NCBI RefSeq assembly: GCF_000281045.1
Contig: NW_008246110.1
Span: 246,049-310,048 of the forward strand
DNA length: 64,000 nt
Reading direction: 5' to 3'
Origin: Saprolegnia diclina VS20
Taxonomy: Eukaryota
Shown here in pieces: positions 11,759-24,800 of this stretch (the first letter of the stretch is position 1; each line of letters starts with the position of its first letter). Made by a program: the position numbers and the translations under genes. The notes below the pieces were generated by a model that ran no database searches, was not told the origin of the DNA, and was given only the letters and a program-made list of their open reading frames with translations.

Positions 11759-14700
11759 CTATTCTAGTTCGTTTGGGACCGGTTGGCTGTATGGCGAGTC
11801 CCACTGCGAGACGCCGGTGGTGCGGTTGTAGTAGTAGACGTTGCCGTCGTCGTCTTGGAGCGTCTCCCACGCCGTCTCGTCCGGCTTCGTCCACACCGTC
11901 TCGCCCGAGAGCCGATTGTAAAAGTACACTAGACCGTCGTCGGTCTGGACGAGCTCCCACGCGTCGTCGCCACTGACGACGTGCGACGCCTCGGCGATGG
12001 TCCACACGGACGCGCCCGTCTCTCGGTTGTAGTAGTACACGCGCCCCCCGTCATCGACGGCCGGTTCCCACGGCGGCGGTGCGCTCAGCGGGTTCTCCCA
12101 CGACGACGCGCCGGTGCGGGCGTTGACATAATACGGTGTTCCATCCTCCGTGCGGCACTCTTCCCACACGCCGAGGAGCGGTTGGTCGGCCACGTCGTCG
12201 AGGCGCCGCTGGAAGCGCGGCGCGTCCCAGACACTCTCGCCCGTCGCACGGTTGTAGTAGTAGAGGTACCCTTCGTCGCTGGTGCACGCTTCCCAGACGT
12301 CGCGGGACGCACCGTCGTCCCACCACTTGAGGAACCGAGTCAGCGTGATCGAGTCGGGGTAGTCAAACTCGTGAAAGTACGAGGCAAATGTCCTGTCCTC
12401 GTCGGCGGCGCGGCTTGAGAGACCGAGGCGTTCGTACAGTGCGCCGAGTTGCGAGAGACGGATCGTAGCTTTGGAGCTGTTGCGCGCAGCGACAAGGAGA
12501 AACGCCGCCTGGAGCGTCTCGTGCAACGGCGACAGCGGCTTGGCGAGCTTGCGCAGTCGGCGCGAGAGCTGCATCTGCTGCACGTCGGCCTGTGTCTTCC
12601 GCGTCCGGAAGCGCGTTTGGATCGTAATGGCGGCGGCCGTGCGCCGTGCCGCCTCGGCATCGTCTTCGTACGCTTTGCGCACGCGGGCGTCGTCGCGCGC
12701 CACGGCGTTCGCTTGGTGCTGCATGAAGCGCTCGCTCGCATTGCCCGCCTGGCGCGATCTCGATTGATACATTGATACATATCACCTTGAAACCAACCTC
12801 GAGAAGGCCGTGCCGGTCCAGCATGTCGTCAAAGAGGTCGACGGTTCGCGCGTTGTGCGGGTCGAGCTCAAGCGCCCGCAGATAGTGCGCCGTCGCGTCC
12901 GTGACGTTCGTGTAGACCCACTACCATTTGTAGGTGAAAAATGTGGACAAGTTGTCGTCGTACATCGAGACACGCGGCGTAGTTGACGTGGCTCTGCGCG
13001 CTCTCGGGGAAGAGGACGAGCGCGTAGCGGAAAAAGCCTCCAAACGCCAACTCAAACTTGCGCTTGCGCGGGTCGATGACAGCAGCGCGCTCAAACAGCA
13101 GCGCAATCGGGTCGCGCTCGTCTTGGCCTGTGACAAAGAGGAAGATGGCGTAGCAGCGCAAGACAAATGCAATGTCCGGGCCCCGCGCCGCCATGAGGTC
13201 CACGAGGTGACCGTACATGACGCCGGCCTTGGCGTAGTCGTGCAACAGCGCGTGCAAGTAGAGCGCGTAGTTGCCGAGGCACGTGAGATTCGTAGGCTCG
13301 GCCATGTAGGCGCGCTCGCAGTGGCGGGCGAGGCGCACCCCTTCGAGGAGCCGCCGGAACATGACGCGCGCGGTCCGGGCGCGAAACTGACTCTGGATAC
13401 GCAGCGCGGCCGCCAGCATACACGCCGTGTAGCCGTAGTAGTAGAGCTGCTGGCGATCGAGAAACTAGTCATCGTCGATAAGCGCATCGTCTCTCGATGC
13501 TGCCTCGTACGTACCGCTTGGTAGTCGCGCTCGACCCACAGCGGCGGCTTGTCCCAGACGCACTGCCCCGTGATCTGGTTGCAGTAAAAGACGCCGACGA
13601 TCGGCGACGTCCCGGCCAGCAAGAGCTCGTCCCACACGGAGAAATTGCTCACGAGAGATGCGTGCTTGCGCGCGTCTTCCCAATTGAAGAACGTCCGCGG
13701 CCCGTGCTGAATGACCCGAGCCCGTTTGGCGTCGCGGCGACCGTGCAGGCCGCGCCAGACGCGCTGGATCGTGTTGGCCGCGATGCGATTCGTCCGCACC
13801 TGCATCGACGCGTCCGTCGTCATGCAATAAGACGGTCGGAGAGTCTACCTGGACGCGCCACGCGTGCCACGACTGCCGCTCGTGAAGGCGCGTGAGAAAC
13901 CCACGGCCGAGGGCTTGGAGCTTGAGAGCGCACCGCACGCGGTGGCGCTGCTGGGCGGCGTGGCGGCGCGCGATGCGACCGCGGTAGACGCGCTGTAAAT
14001 GCAGCGCCGTCTTGTGCTCGACCTTGAGCGCCCGCAGGCGCCGCCGGTACACATGGCCTTTGTACGTCCGCTGGATCGCGACGGCCGCGAGGTATCTCGC
14101 TCGCTCGGCTTTGGTTTCCGCGTCAAAGTTGGTCCAAAACGACTTGTATTGCGCTGTCGCCGCTGCGGTCTCGGACGACACGCGATGAATGCGACTGCGC
14201 AGCATTTTGAACTCGTCGATGCCTTGCACGAGCGCCTGCCGCCAGGATAGTATCAATCTATCGATCACGTCAACCAACGACGCACCTGCAACCGGAGGGG
14301 GTCGATCGGCGGGACAGTCGTAGAAACGTCATTGGTGACGTCATGGCAGTAGACGTAGCTGCCGTCGTCGCGCGACATTGGATGCCAATGGGCCCCCAGC
14401 GCGGCTTGGTACTCGACCGGCGCCCGCCACGTGCACTCGTCTGTCTCGGCGTCGTGGTAAAAGATGGCCCCTGACGTCGCCATGAGACAACTCATCCTCA
14501 CGTCAGGATGGCATACCCGTGACGGCGTCGACGCACTGCGACCAGCAATGGAGCATCGAGACGGTGACGGCGCTCGCGTAGGCGTCGCGCCACTCGTCCG
14601 TCGAGCGCTGCGGCAACGCGACGCCGTCTTCGTCGAGCACGGGCGGCATCTCGTCCAGCGTCTTCATCTCTTGGGCAAAGTGGAACTGGATGACGTCAAT

Positions 14701-17700
14701 GACGCCGAGCTGGTGGTGCATGCGCGCCTCGCCGAGCGGGTTCTTGTTGTCGTAGTTGCGCATGTTCATGTTGGTACTGTACTCGATGAGCAAACGCATG
14801 GTCTCGGCTGCACCGTGCTTGGCAGCAATGTGAGCAGGCTACATGGATCGTCCATCAGTAGTTTCAAAGGACAACCAAATCGTACGAGGTTGCCGCGGCG
14901 GTTCTTGGCGTCGATCGCCGCGCCAAACGAGAGCAAGACGCGCGAGCTCTCGAGGAGGCTGTCGCTGCGGCACGACAAGTGCAGTGGCGTCTCTCCTTGG
15001 AGCGTCCACGCGTTCACGTCGGCGTTGAAGGCGGCGAGAAGGCTCGCATGCGCCGGCTTGTCGATGGCAATATGAATGGCCCCGAGGCCCGCGACGTTGG
15101 TCATGTCCGGTGCCGCGCCCGCTTCGAGGAGGAAGCGAAGCATCTGCGGCTGGTCATTGTAGATGGCATACATGATTGGTGTACTCCCGTCCACGTCGAC
15201 CGCGTCGATGTTCGCGCCATGGGCGAGCAAGAGTTGCACCATCTCCACAAACCCTCTTGCCGCCGCGTCGTGCAGCAGTGTGGCGCCGTCGTCTACGTAT
15301 TCGATGCGCCTCTATCTCATTGTCGCAGTGAACGTACTGAGGTCGGTAGCGTGCGGCGAGCAGCGGCCGAGGCCCAAGAGCAGGTGAGCCGCCTCGAGAA
15401 AGTTGGCCGCGACAGCCGTCATGATGGGCGTCTCGTGCGTCATGCTCGAGACGACGTGGACGTCCGCCGCGCGGCGAAGCAGCACCTCGATGCAGTCGAC
15501 ATGGTTGAGCGACGTCGCCAGCAACAGCGGCGTCTCTCCGTTGCTGTCGCGCGCTTCCTGCCATGCGCCGTGGTCGATGAGGTAGTCGATGAGCTCGGCG
15601 CGGTATCTACATGCCCCCATCAAGCGATGATGCGAGGCGGAGCGTACGCATGGGGTGCGGCCACGAGCATGTGCAAGGGTGTGCGGCCGGCGTGGTTGAC
15701 GCCGCCAACGTCCATCTGGTAGCGCAGGCAGAGCTTGACGAGTCGCTTCGCCCCGCCCAGACACGAAAGATGCAAGAGCGAGTTGCCGTCGTCGTCGCAA
15801 ATGCCGCCGCGCCCAGCGTTGATCGCCCGCAGGACGACGCTGTAGTCCCCGCGCACGGCGGCGTCGAGCACAAACGCATTCCGCCGGCGGTCGACCGTCC
15901 GAATCGCCTTGCGCCGTCGCCAGCCGCACTGTATACGCAGTGCGCAACGGTGGAGCGCGAGCGTATGACGGTAAAACGCCCGACAGAGGTATCCGCGGAC
16001 CGTCCGCTGCAGTATCTTGGCCGCGCGGTGGTTGCGGACAAGCGCGTGGAAGCGCGTGCGCGCGAGGAACCCCCGCACGCTGCGCTGGATGCAGGTCGCG
16101 GCGGCAAACTGGCGCCGGTACCGCTCGGCGCGCTTCAAAATGCGGTAAACGCGGTAGCGCTGCCAGAGGTGGAAGCACCAGGCGTGGCGCCGTTGGATCC
16201 GGCGCGTCGTCCGATCGCGACAGAGCTGCGTGAACGCCCAGCGCGACTGCCACGACTGGAAGACGCGCCAGAGGCTTTGCCGGAGGAGGCGCTGGAGGAG
16301 CTGGTTCACCTACAGCCACAACCGGCATGAGAGTCATGCCATCGACAGAAGAGTACGCACCCCGTGGTGCTGCGTTGCGCGCAAGCGGCGGCGAAGCGCG
16401 GCCACGCGCCGGCCCAAGTGCCCCCGGTACGTTTTTTGAACGAGCAGAGCGGCGTGCTGCAGTGCCCGCGCATGCGCGGCGGCCACACGGCCTCGGTGTC
16501 CCCGCCACAGACGCTGAAGCACGAGAGCACTCGCGCGTCGCATCGATAGAAGCTTTGCCCACTGAGTGAACGAACTGTACAGCGAGCGCTGGAGAACGTC
16601 GCGACACCGCGCCTTGACGATGGCCTGCGTCGTTGCGTACTGGCGCCACTGCTGCCAGAGCGCACACAAGAACCGCTGTTGGAGTCGCTGGACGCTGCGG
16701 GTGGCGAGCTGGAGCTTCTTTTGCGCGCGGCGCGCCACGAGTTGACCGGCTTTTCGCCCGCGATGGCCACGGTACAGCGCCTGCAGCATCGTCGCCGCCT
16801 TGTGCTGGTCGCGCCGCCACCGCAGGTAATGGTGCCAGCGTTGGAAGCGCCATCGCAGCGACGTCTGGTGCGCCGCAGCTGCCTTTTTCGCAATCGTCAC
16901 GTAGCGCCGCCAGCGCGCAAACACGCGCTGCGTCAAGGCACGTGTGGCGGCGGCGTGGAGCTTCTCGGCTTGATTGAGCGCGGCAGCGCGCAAGACGGCG
17001 TCTTCCTTGGCCTTGCGCGCGGCGGCCGCGCTGGCATCGCGTTCGTGCTTCTCGGCGAGGCGTGACCGGTGCTTCTCAGCGTCCCGCGCCCGCAGCGCCT
17101 CGAGCCGCTTCCGCTCCATCTCTTGCTCGGCCTTGCGCTTCTTGGCGGCGGCGCGGCGCGCGTGGAAGGCGGTCTGCGCCGCGTGGCGATCGCGCCGCCA
17201 CGCCCGCCGCTGCCGAAACAGCCGCTGGATACGAATCGCGCTGCGTTCTTGGAGCGCGTCGAGCTGGTCGCTCCACGCGTTGGCCTGCTTGCCCTTGCGC
17301 CGGCGTTCGAGGAGCTTGGCCGCCACCTTCTGCTCCAGGAGGTGGTTGGCATACCGGCGCGCGACCGCATCCCGGAAGCGGTGGAGGATGCGGGCGCGTG
17401 GTGACGCGGGTGGCGCAGAGGGCGTCGCCGCGTCCGAGAGCACCGAGCTCCAGACCGTATTGACCTACGCGTCTCTATATCCTACGACATCAAGGGATTG
17501 AACGTACCTGTGCTTCGGTGAGGGCAATGCGGTGGCGCAGGTCGTCGACGTCGCGCTTCGTGGCGTGGAGCTGGTTGTCGAGGAGGAAGCTCTGTGTCTT
17601 GAGCTTGGCCTTGACGACGTCGTCAAGCACGCTGCTCGTGAGCTGACGATCGAGCTTGGTGCGCTGCGTCTCGAGCCGCCGGAGTCCGCGCTTCTCGGTC

Positions 17701-18993
17701 TCGAGCGCTGCCTTGAGCGTCACAATGCCAGCGTCGTGGCTGATCGTGTCTTGGAGTCGCGTCAAGAGCGTGAGGCTCTCGCCTACGACCTCATCGTACT
17801 CCAGCGACAAAGGACAGCGGCCATCGAACCGTCATCGTTGAACTTGTGCGCGGCAACAATGTCTTCCGGCACGCGGTGGAGGTCCTCGACGAGATGGCCG
17901 AGGAGCGCGTCGAGCTCGAGCACGAAGCTGCTGGACTCGTCCCCACTTGGGCCGACCGTCGTGACGTGGCGGAATGGCAACGACGTGTTAGCGTAGAAGC
18001 GTGCGAGCGTCTTCTCCTTCGGAAAGCACGCCGCGTACAGCGTGTGCACCATGGCATCCTTGGCGACGTACACGACTTGGGTCCCGTCCCGGAGGTCCGG
18101 GTGGTGGCCAAGGACGACGGACCCGGGCGGCAGCACCTTCTTGGCCACGTCCGGGTGCGCCACCTTGTCCTTCGTCTTGAGGCGGAGCCCGAGGGACTCT
18201 TGGACGTAATGGCGAAGGTGGCAGTGGAAGTACGCAAACTCGTTGTCTTCGATCTCGCGCAGAAAGGCGGCAAACACCCGCAGCTACGATGGTGAGTCAC
18301 AGGATACGAACGTAGAGTGCGCGCGTCTGTACGCCATGGAAGCGATGCGCGTGGCGCTCGAGCGTGCACGCGACGTCGATAATGTCTTGGTCGGCCGCGA
18401 CGCCGAGGTTCGTATTCACAAACTGCCGCGCAAAGAGCGCAAACGAACTCAGGACGCGCGAACTCGCATACGCCCTAAAGTACGCCTCGTAGACATCGTC
18501 GACAAACCGGAAGAGCCATGCGATCGGACGGTCGCGCAAGAGGCCGCTCGATGCGCATACGAAGCGCGGGAAGCGCTGGCGCAGGCGCGCGAGCGTCAGC
18601 GGCGCGTCGACGTCGGGCTCGGAGCGCGAGCTCAGCGCTTGGTCGTCGCTCGCTTCGACGGGCGCGTGGTTGTTGCTGGCGCTGGCGGCCGGCAGCCCAC
18701 TCGGTTGTTCCGATAAAGGCGCGGGCCCGACCTCGAGGCCGCGCTGCCGCAGCTGCGCATTGATGTACTCGATCTTCTCGAGGTACGGGAGCAGCGTCTT
18801 CTTCTCTTCCAGTTTGACCAAGCTGAGCTTGCCCTACGTGCGATATGCAGGCTGCGTACGGTTGTCGCGCACGCACCCGCGGGAGCTCGGGCGGGATCGG
18901 CGCGAGCGCCGTCTCGTTGCGCAAGAGCTTGCGCTTCTTGGACTTGGCCGACGCGCCGTACGGACTCGACGGCGCGGGCCGCGTCCCCTGCAT
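11759..18993 (-). CDS. Large multi-exon scaffold protein: coiled coil, many IQ motifs, ankyrin repeats, TPR-like repeats and multiple WW domains
   Basis: IQ motifs (IQRLFR, LQALYRGHRGR, IQRTYKG), ankyrin repeats (GNSLLH, GRTPLH, GETPLL, GSTPIM, GETPLH), a TPR-like segment (AHYLRALELDPHN) and a C-terminal WW cluster (YYYNRATGESVW and similar). Several junctions were checked and keep the frame (e.g. the 37-nt intron at 12749-12785). Confidence 0.8.
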
Positions 18994-19074
18994 ATTGCCA
19001 CTGAAGCGTCGGTCGTTACATCGCATGCAATCGTGCATCAATTAGTGTCGTTACTACGGGACTCGTGTTCGTGC

Positions 19075-20738
19075 CTACGCGCGCTTCGCCTCGGCCATGA
19101 GCTCTATCTTCTTCCACTTGTCGGCTTGGGCCGACACGGCGTCGCCCGCGTGCTCGGTCTTTTCTAAATAGTCCTTGGCGCACTTGTCGAAGAGCGGCGC
19201 GTCGTAGTCCAAGTACAATTTGAGCACATTCTAGAGCCGACAACTTAGCACAGCGGTGGCTTCGACGAGCGTACCTGGGCGAGGCCCTCGACCGTCGTGT
19301 TCCAGTGGCCGAGCGAGTTCTTGTAGAGGGGTCCATATATAACGGGGAGGATCAAGCTTGCGTGCTGGCGACTGAGACACCCGTTGTTGACGAGGTGCTC
19401 GTTGTTCCAGAGGAAGAGCGCCCGCTCCGAGACCTGAAAGTGCTGCGAGCCGAGGCACTTGGAGAGCACGCGGAAGAGGTCCTTGTGCACTTGGTTGAGC
19501 TGGTCCGGCCCCATGAGCTCGAGGATCTCTTCGAGCTCGTTGAGGAAGAGCACTTGCTTGGACGAGCACGCCCACGGCCAAAACTTGACGATGCCCGAGA
19601 TGATTGGGATCGCAGTCTCCGGGTCCTTCTCTACGTACTGCGTGATGCAGTACGAGAGCTGCTGGTGGTAGAGCGAGACGCACTTGGGCTTGTGCAGTGG
19701 CACGAGCGCCTTGACGAGGAACTGGAGGTGCTCGCGCTTGAGCGGCATCGCAAAGCCGTTGATGATCGAGCCGAGGATTTCGAGGAGCTCGCCAATGCCG
19801 TTGTGGCGCTCGGTCTCGTACACGAAGCGGTAAAACACGTTCGAGATGGCCTTCCGGATGAACGACCGGTGGCTCATGAACTTGCCGTATATTCTGTGCA
19901 AGATCGTCTTGAGGTAGTCGCGCTCGCGCGGGTCCTCCGAGTCGAAGAGTTCGATGACGTTCAAGCAAAACTTTTGGTCCACAAACTTCTTGGCCACCTA
20001 GAGCAATCATACGATGCGTCGGACACGGAAGCGACGACCGCGTACCTTGGCGTTGACTTCGCCCGACACGATGAAGCGCAGGAAAAACTCGTAGACGACC
20101 TACGCCACAGCATCAGTGCCCCGCGCTGGTGTGGCCAGACGTACCTGGAGGTGCGGCCACGACGGCTCCAAGACCGGTTCGTCTTCCTCCGGATCAAAGT
20201 CTTCCGTCTGGGGCGGCAGCGCGCGGCAAATGTTGGCCGACTATCATACATCCTCCATCATTCTGTGCACTCATGTTCGAAGCATGCGTACCACCATGGC
20301 CATGATGTCGGGCATCAAGGCCTCGGTAAAGATCTTTTGGCCGCCCGCGTTGTTGACATAGTCAACGAGCTCGAGCAGAGTCTGGCGCTTGAGGTCCTTG
20401 CCCTTCTTGTCCGAGGCCGCGTCGTCAAAGTTGAACAGCACCGAGCAGAGCTCCAGCTTTTGCTGAAAGAGCGCCTCCCGCTTCTGCATGCTCGTGTCCT
20501 TGAGGTGCGGCAGGTCCTTGAGCGCCGCCACCTTCTGGTTGCGCACGAGTGAGCTCCGGCGGCGCTCGCGGCGCGGCAGCGACACGTCCGAGCGCGCGAC
20601 GTTCTCGATGCCATCGTCGCGCGCGAGGTTGGCCGTCGAGCTGTTGGCCGCGGCCAAGGTCGCCGCCATCGCCGCAGGGTCCCCGCCCTCGGCCGAGTTG
20701 CTCAGGCGCCGCTTCACGGTCTGGAGCATCTTATTCAT
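19075..20738 (-). CDS. Protein phosphatase 2A regulatory subunit B' (B56), multi-exon
   Basis: [69 protein letters not shown] and HFQVSERAL. The last exon ends ...ELMAEAKRA* at 19075. Confidence 0.96.
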
Positions 20739-21394
20739 CCCGCCGCTGGTCGTCCGGAGGATAACCGCTCAAATCGCCTCTGCCGCCCACGCGGGTATAC
20801 AAAGCTCAAGATACAGCGCGAAAACGTCTTTTTGTCCTCGAGGTAGGGTTGGGGCCCCCCATGGAAACACTTGCTGTTTGTATGCTCTCGAATTCACACT
20901 ATTTCCTATGCATGGATATAGTGTGAAACAAGAGGTGTCCCGCCCACCGCCACGATGGGCGACAGGGACGCTGCAATAGCGCTCTTTATATGAAGGATAA
21001 GATCTGTGCAGCGTTTGCTTTTGCTGAGATGTGCTGCAACCACGTCTTGTAGCTAGGTATGGCTGTAACCATGGAAATACTGTGACGTTTATCTGGTCGG
21101 TGTGAACCGAGGCTTCCGAAATAGTGTCATGATTTCGGCAGATTGCACACGCTATTTGAGGTGTTTTCGCCGGGAGCGGAAATGGTGTGCGCCGGAGGGG
21201 GCTTGGTCAACGTATCTCTCGACGTTTCTAGGACGGTTGGGTGACCCAAGAATAGTAATGATGGTTACTATGATATAGTGTACCGTAGACTGTACATTAT
21301 TTCACGCCATGAGAAGAAATACTGTAATGCATGGTCAGTTTGGAAGAAGCATGCCACCCGGTAGGACGTGGCTGCGAGGCTGGCAAGACGCCTC

Positions 21395-22524
21395 ATGCGA
21401 TGGCCTATAGCAAAGGAAACGAAGGCTGCGGTCTCGGCCTTCATCATGAAGCTCGAGACGGTCGTGAATGACCCATCGACAGGTGCGACGGCGCCGTGGC
21501 ATGATGACTGCAAGCATGTTGCTACATAGATGACATCATCACGTGGAAGCGCAACCCGGATGGTTCGCTCTATGAGCCCAACTGCCTCGTTGTGCTCGAC
21601 AAGACGGTATGCGCTCATCTGCCTCGAGGTCCGTGGCGCTCATCGTCGACTAGCGCTTCTCGGAGGACATCATGCCGCAGTACTTTCGCGGCTCCAAGTA
21701 CTGCTCCTTCATCCGCCAGCTCAACGGTACAACGCGCCATCGACGTTGATCACGTCACGATGACGACGCATCGTTAGCCTACGACTTTAGCCACGTTGGC
21801 GTTGTGAACGGCACGGACCCGCCGATGTTTACGCACCCGTACTTCCAGAAGGACAACCCGTCGCTCTTGCACAAGATCGAAGTACGTGGATCAGCATCAT
21901 CGACGATCGCAACACGTCATGATGACGTAGCGTCGCAAGCAAGACAAGCGCACGCGTGCGACGGCGCCCCAGGAAGACACCAAGGTCGTCAAGAAGGTCG
22001 ACAGCTCGCAGTCGGCGTGCGTCGACTACTACAAGGAGAGTCTGGTCCACGCGGTCACGGCCATCCGCGATATGCTCCAAGCCGGTATCAGATCTGAGAG
22101 GCGCCTCGAGAAATCTTATCGTCGTCTAGCGGAGCTCGCGGGCATGGGCTACGTGGTCGTCGAATATGCCAAGACGTTTCTGGCGACGCAAGGCATCATT
22201 GTCCTCTCGGACGACGACGTGCTGTACCACCTCGAGACGCTCACCAAGACGTCGGCGAGCTACGCGACCACTACGCCGTCCCATCATGAGGCGCCGATGA
22301 CGCCGGCGTCGAACGCGTCGACCGACTCCGTGTCGTCTGGCTCGTCGTCGCCACACAGCATGAACCCAGCGCACATGATCGATCCGCTCGCGGCACTCCT
22401 TCCGTCGCACCACGACCCACTGCCGCCATCGTCGCATCACGACCCGCTGACGGCGCTCGATTTTGCCATCCTCGACGAGATCAACGTCGACGAGCTCGGC
22501 GACCTCCTCACGGATCACTTGTAG
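21395..22524 (+). CDS. HSF-type DNA-binding domain transcription factor, multi-exon
   Basis: Spliced reading gives AFIMKLETVVNDPS..DIITW..IMPQYFRGSKYCSFIRQLN|AYDF..FTHPYFQKDNPSLLHKIERRK. The start is approximate. Confidence 0.85.
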
Positions 22525-22599
22525 TCGTCTTATCGGCCGCGAATCTACATGTAAAATTGATGAATACGTCGGTGGAAAATGTGCTGGTTGTTAATTATA

Positions 22600-23478
22600 T
22601 TAGATATCGCTGCTCGGGCGCTGCGATTGCAACCCAAACAACGGGAACGCGCGATGGAGCGAGGGTAGTCGCGGCAAGTGATTCTGTGCTGCCGGCGGTC
22701 GCAGTGACGGAACGCTGCTCGAGTTGTTGTACTGGTGGTGCTGGTGGTGGTGGGCGACGAGCGACGCGTCGGCCATGACGCTATGGCGCTGGGATGACAT
22801 GATTGACGCCGAGCCGCGCACCGTGGTCTCTCGTGCCGAGTGGGCCGCGGCCGCTGGGCGCGGCTTGGCAATATTGACACTACACAAGAGGCCGCTCGTC
22901 GGCCGCTTGACCGCCCACGAGAGGTTGCCGCTGCTGTTGGTCGTGGGCATGTCGTCGGCGAGGCGGCGCTTCTTGGCCTCGTGCGCGCGGGGCACTTGAA
23001 TGCGGCACTCCAAGCTCATGGGCGTGCGGCGCTCGTCGGCCAGCATCGGCGGGCTCGCGCCACCCAAGGACGACGACGACACGTCGCCGAGCTGCTGGGG
23101 CTGGCCCTTGACAAAGTCGGGCCGAAAGTAGCGTGTACCGTCGCGCGACTTCATGAAGCCATGCTTCTCGAGCTGCATCTTGAAGGTCTTGAAGCGGCCA
23201 CGGTACAGGTTCGGCATCGGCAAGCTCGACTCCATCTTTTCCGGGTCGAGAATCGAGAAGGACCGGCCGTCGGCGTCCCATGCGATCGTGTCGGGCAGGT
23301 CGTTGTTGTTGAGGAAGCCGTAGAGGTTGCGCAGGAAGGTGCTCGGGATCGCTGTCGAGCGCTCGTCGCTCTCCATGACGTGGTCCATCGTACTGCAACT
23401 GACGACGTCGGCGACAATCGGGCAATCCGCTTCGAGAGCGTTTTGACTGCCGGTGGGGTTGTGAGTGCAAGGGGCCAT
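22600..23478 (-). CDS. Divergent HSF-type DNA-binding domain protein
   Basis: STFLRNLYGFL..DTIAWDADGRSFSILDP..FKTFKMQLEKHGF..YFRPDFVKGQP, followed by a low-complexity tail. The start may be a downstream Met. Confidence 0.8.
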   Translation of the reverse strand: MAPCTHNPTGSQNALEADCPIVADVVSCSTMDHVMESDERSTAIPSTFLRNLYGFLNNNDLPDTIAWDADGRSFSILDPEKMESSLPMPNLYRGRFKTFKMQLEKHGFMKSRDGTRYFRPDFVKGQPQQLGDVSSSSLGGASPPMLADERRTPMSLECRIQVPRAHEAKKRRLADDMPTTNSSGNLSWAVKRPTSGLLCSVNIAKPRPAAAAHSARETTVRGSASIMSSQRHSVMADASLVAHHHQHHQYNNSSSVPSLRPPAAQNHLPRLPSLHRAFPLFGLQSQRPSSDI

Positions 23479-24219
23479 CGCTTTTTTATTCGCGTCATAA
23501 AATCTATTTCATCCTATTGCATACAAATATCGAGCTTACAATAATTCTTTATTTCAATGCGGGAATGTATTATGCCACGCGGTGTCACGCCGAACGCCGG
23601 AAACAAACCCGGTGCACCTGCATTCTGGTGCGAAAGACCAACATTGGCTGAGACTGAGCCTCGACGACGTGCATTCTCAACTGCGCTTGAAGCGCATGGG
23701 GTGCCAGAGTGGTGGTGGCGCCATGGCGACCCTTCCATGACCGCGGTGTAAACCCAGGACGCAGCTGTATACGATCGCGATCGATCCTAATCGACCAGCG
23801 TTCTGGATAGATCGCCTCGTAGGGCGAGAATGTGTGCACGCCTTTGGTCGTGGTGCCCTAGTAGGTTCTTTTCCTCAAGTGGTGTCTACAAACGAGCAAC
23901 AACAACACGACGTTTGGCATTGGACTCTGTCGGACGCTGTCTTGAGCGCTACAGATTGATTCTTAGTCCCCCTGGAATCGTAGTCGCTACACCGGGGTCT
24001 CTCATACAATGCGGGGTATGACCGACGGTTGAAATCACGCACGGATCTAAGCTGAACCTGGTGGTGTAGTCGCGCTGTTAACTCCGCGTGAGTTCGCATA
24101 CAGCGTCAACATCAATAGCTCACCGATGTATGCACTGTACAGCGATCGAATGCGTTTGGACAACAAGTAGATCTCATGACGACTGCATCACTGCTGAAGT
24201 CACTGCCGATTCGGGCATC

Positions 24220-24800
24220 GAATCCCGGACATGTTTGCCGTCCGAGAAGCGGCGGCGATGCTCTGCGGTGGTATCACGACGTACGCACCGCTTAAGAGGC
24301 ATAGCGCGGGTCCCAGTAAGAAAAAGGTGGGTGTCCTCGGCATCGGCGGTCTCGACCACTGTGATGTGCAGTGGGCCGTCGGCTTGGCGCGGACGTGACG
24401 GCAACCTCGTCCTCGAAACGCAAGGAGGCGCTCTGCAAGGACGTGCTCGGTGCGCACGGCTATCTCGACATGTCGGACGCTGCCGACGTCGCAGCGAACT
24501 ATCACTGGTTTGAAATGCTCTTGGTCCCGACCAATGGCCCCAACACCGTCTAATCGACGCTCCTGGAGCTTGTTCGGACGAACGGCAAGCTCGTGCCAGT
24601 GGCCGTCCCCGAGACACCGCTGTCGTTCTACGCCTTCTCCATCATCATGCGCCAGATCAATGTCGTGGGCTCGGCGATCGGGTCACCGGACATGATCCAG
24701 GAGACACTGCAGTTTGTGCAGAAGAACGAGCGCGCTGCAAAAGGTGCACAAGGGTGGTGCGCGCTTCCGCATCGTCTTGGCAAACGAAACGACTAAGAAC
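24220..24800 (+). pseudogene. Pseudogene fragment of a zinc-dependent NADP alcohol dehydrogenase (CAD/ADH6-like MDR family)
   Basis: AAAMLCGGITTYAPLKR..KVGVLGIGGL, then a frameshift near 24386, GADVTA.., an in-frame TAA near 24550, GKLVPVAVP..VVGSAIGSP..IQETLQF, and a frameshifted ARFRIVL end. The N-terminal catalytic Zn half is not visible. Confidence 0.85.
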
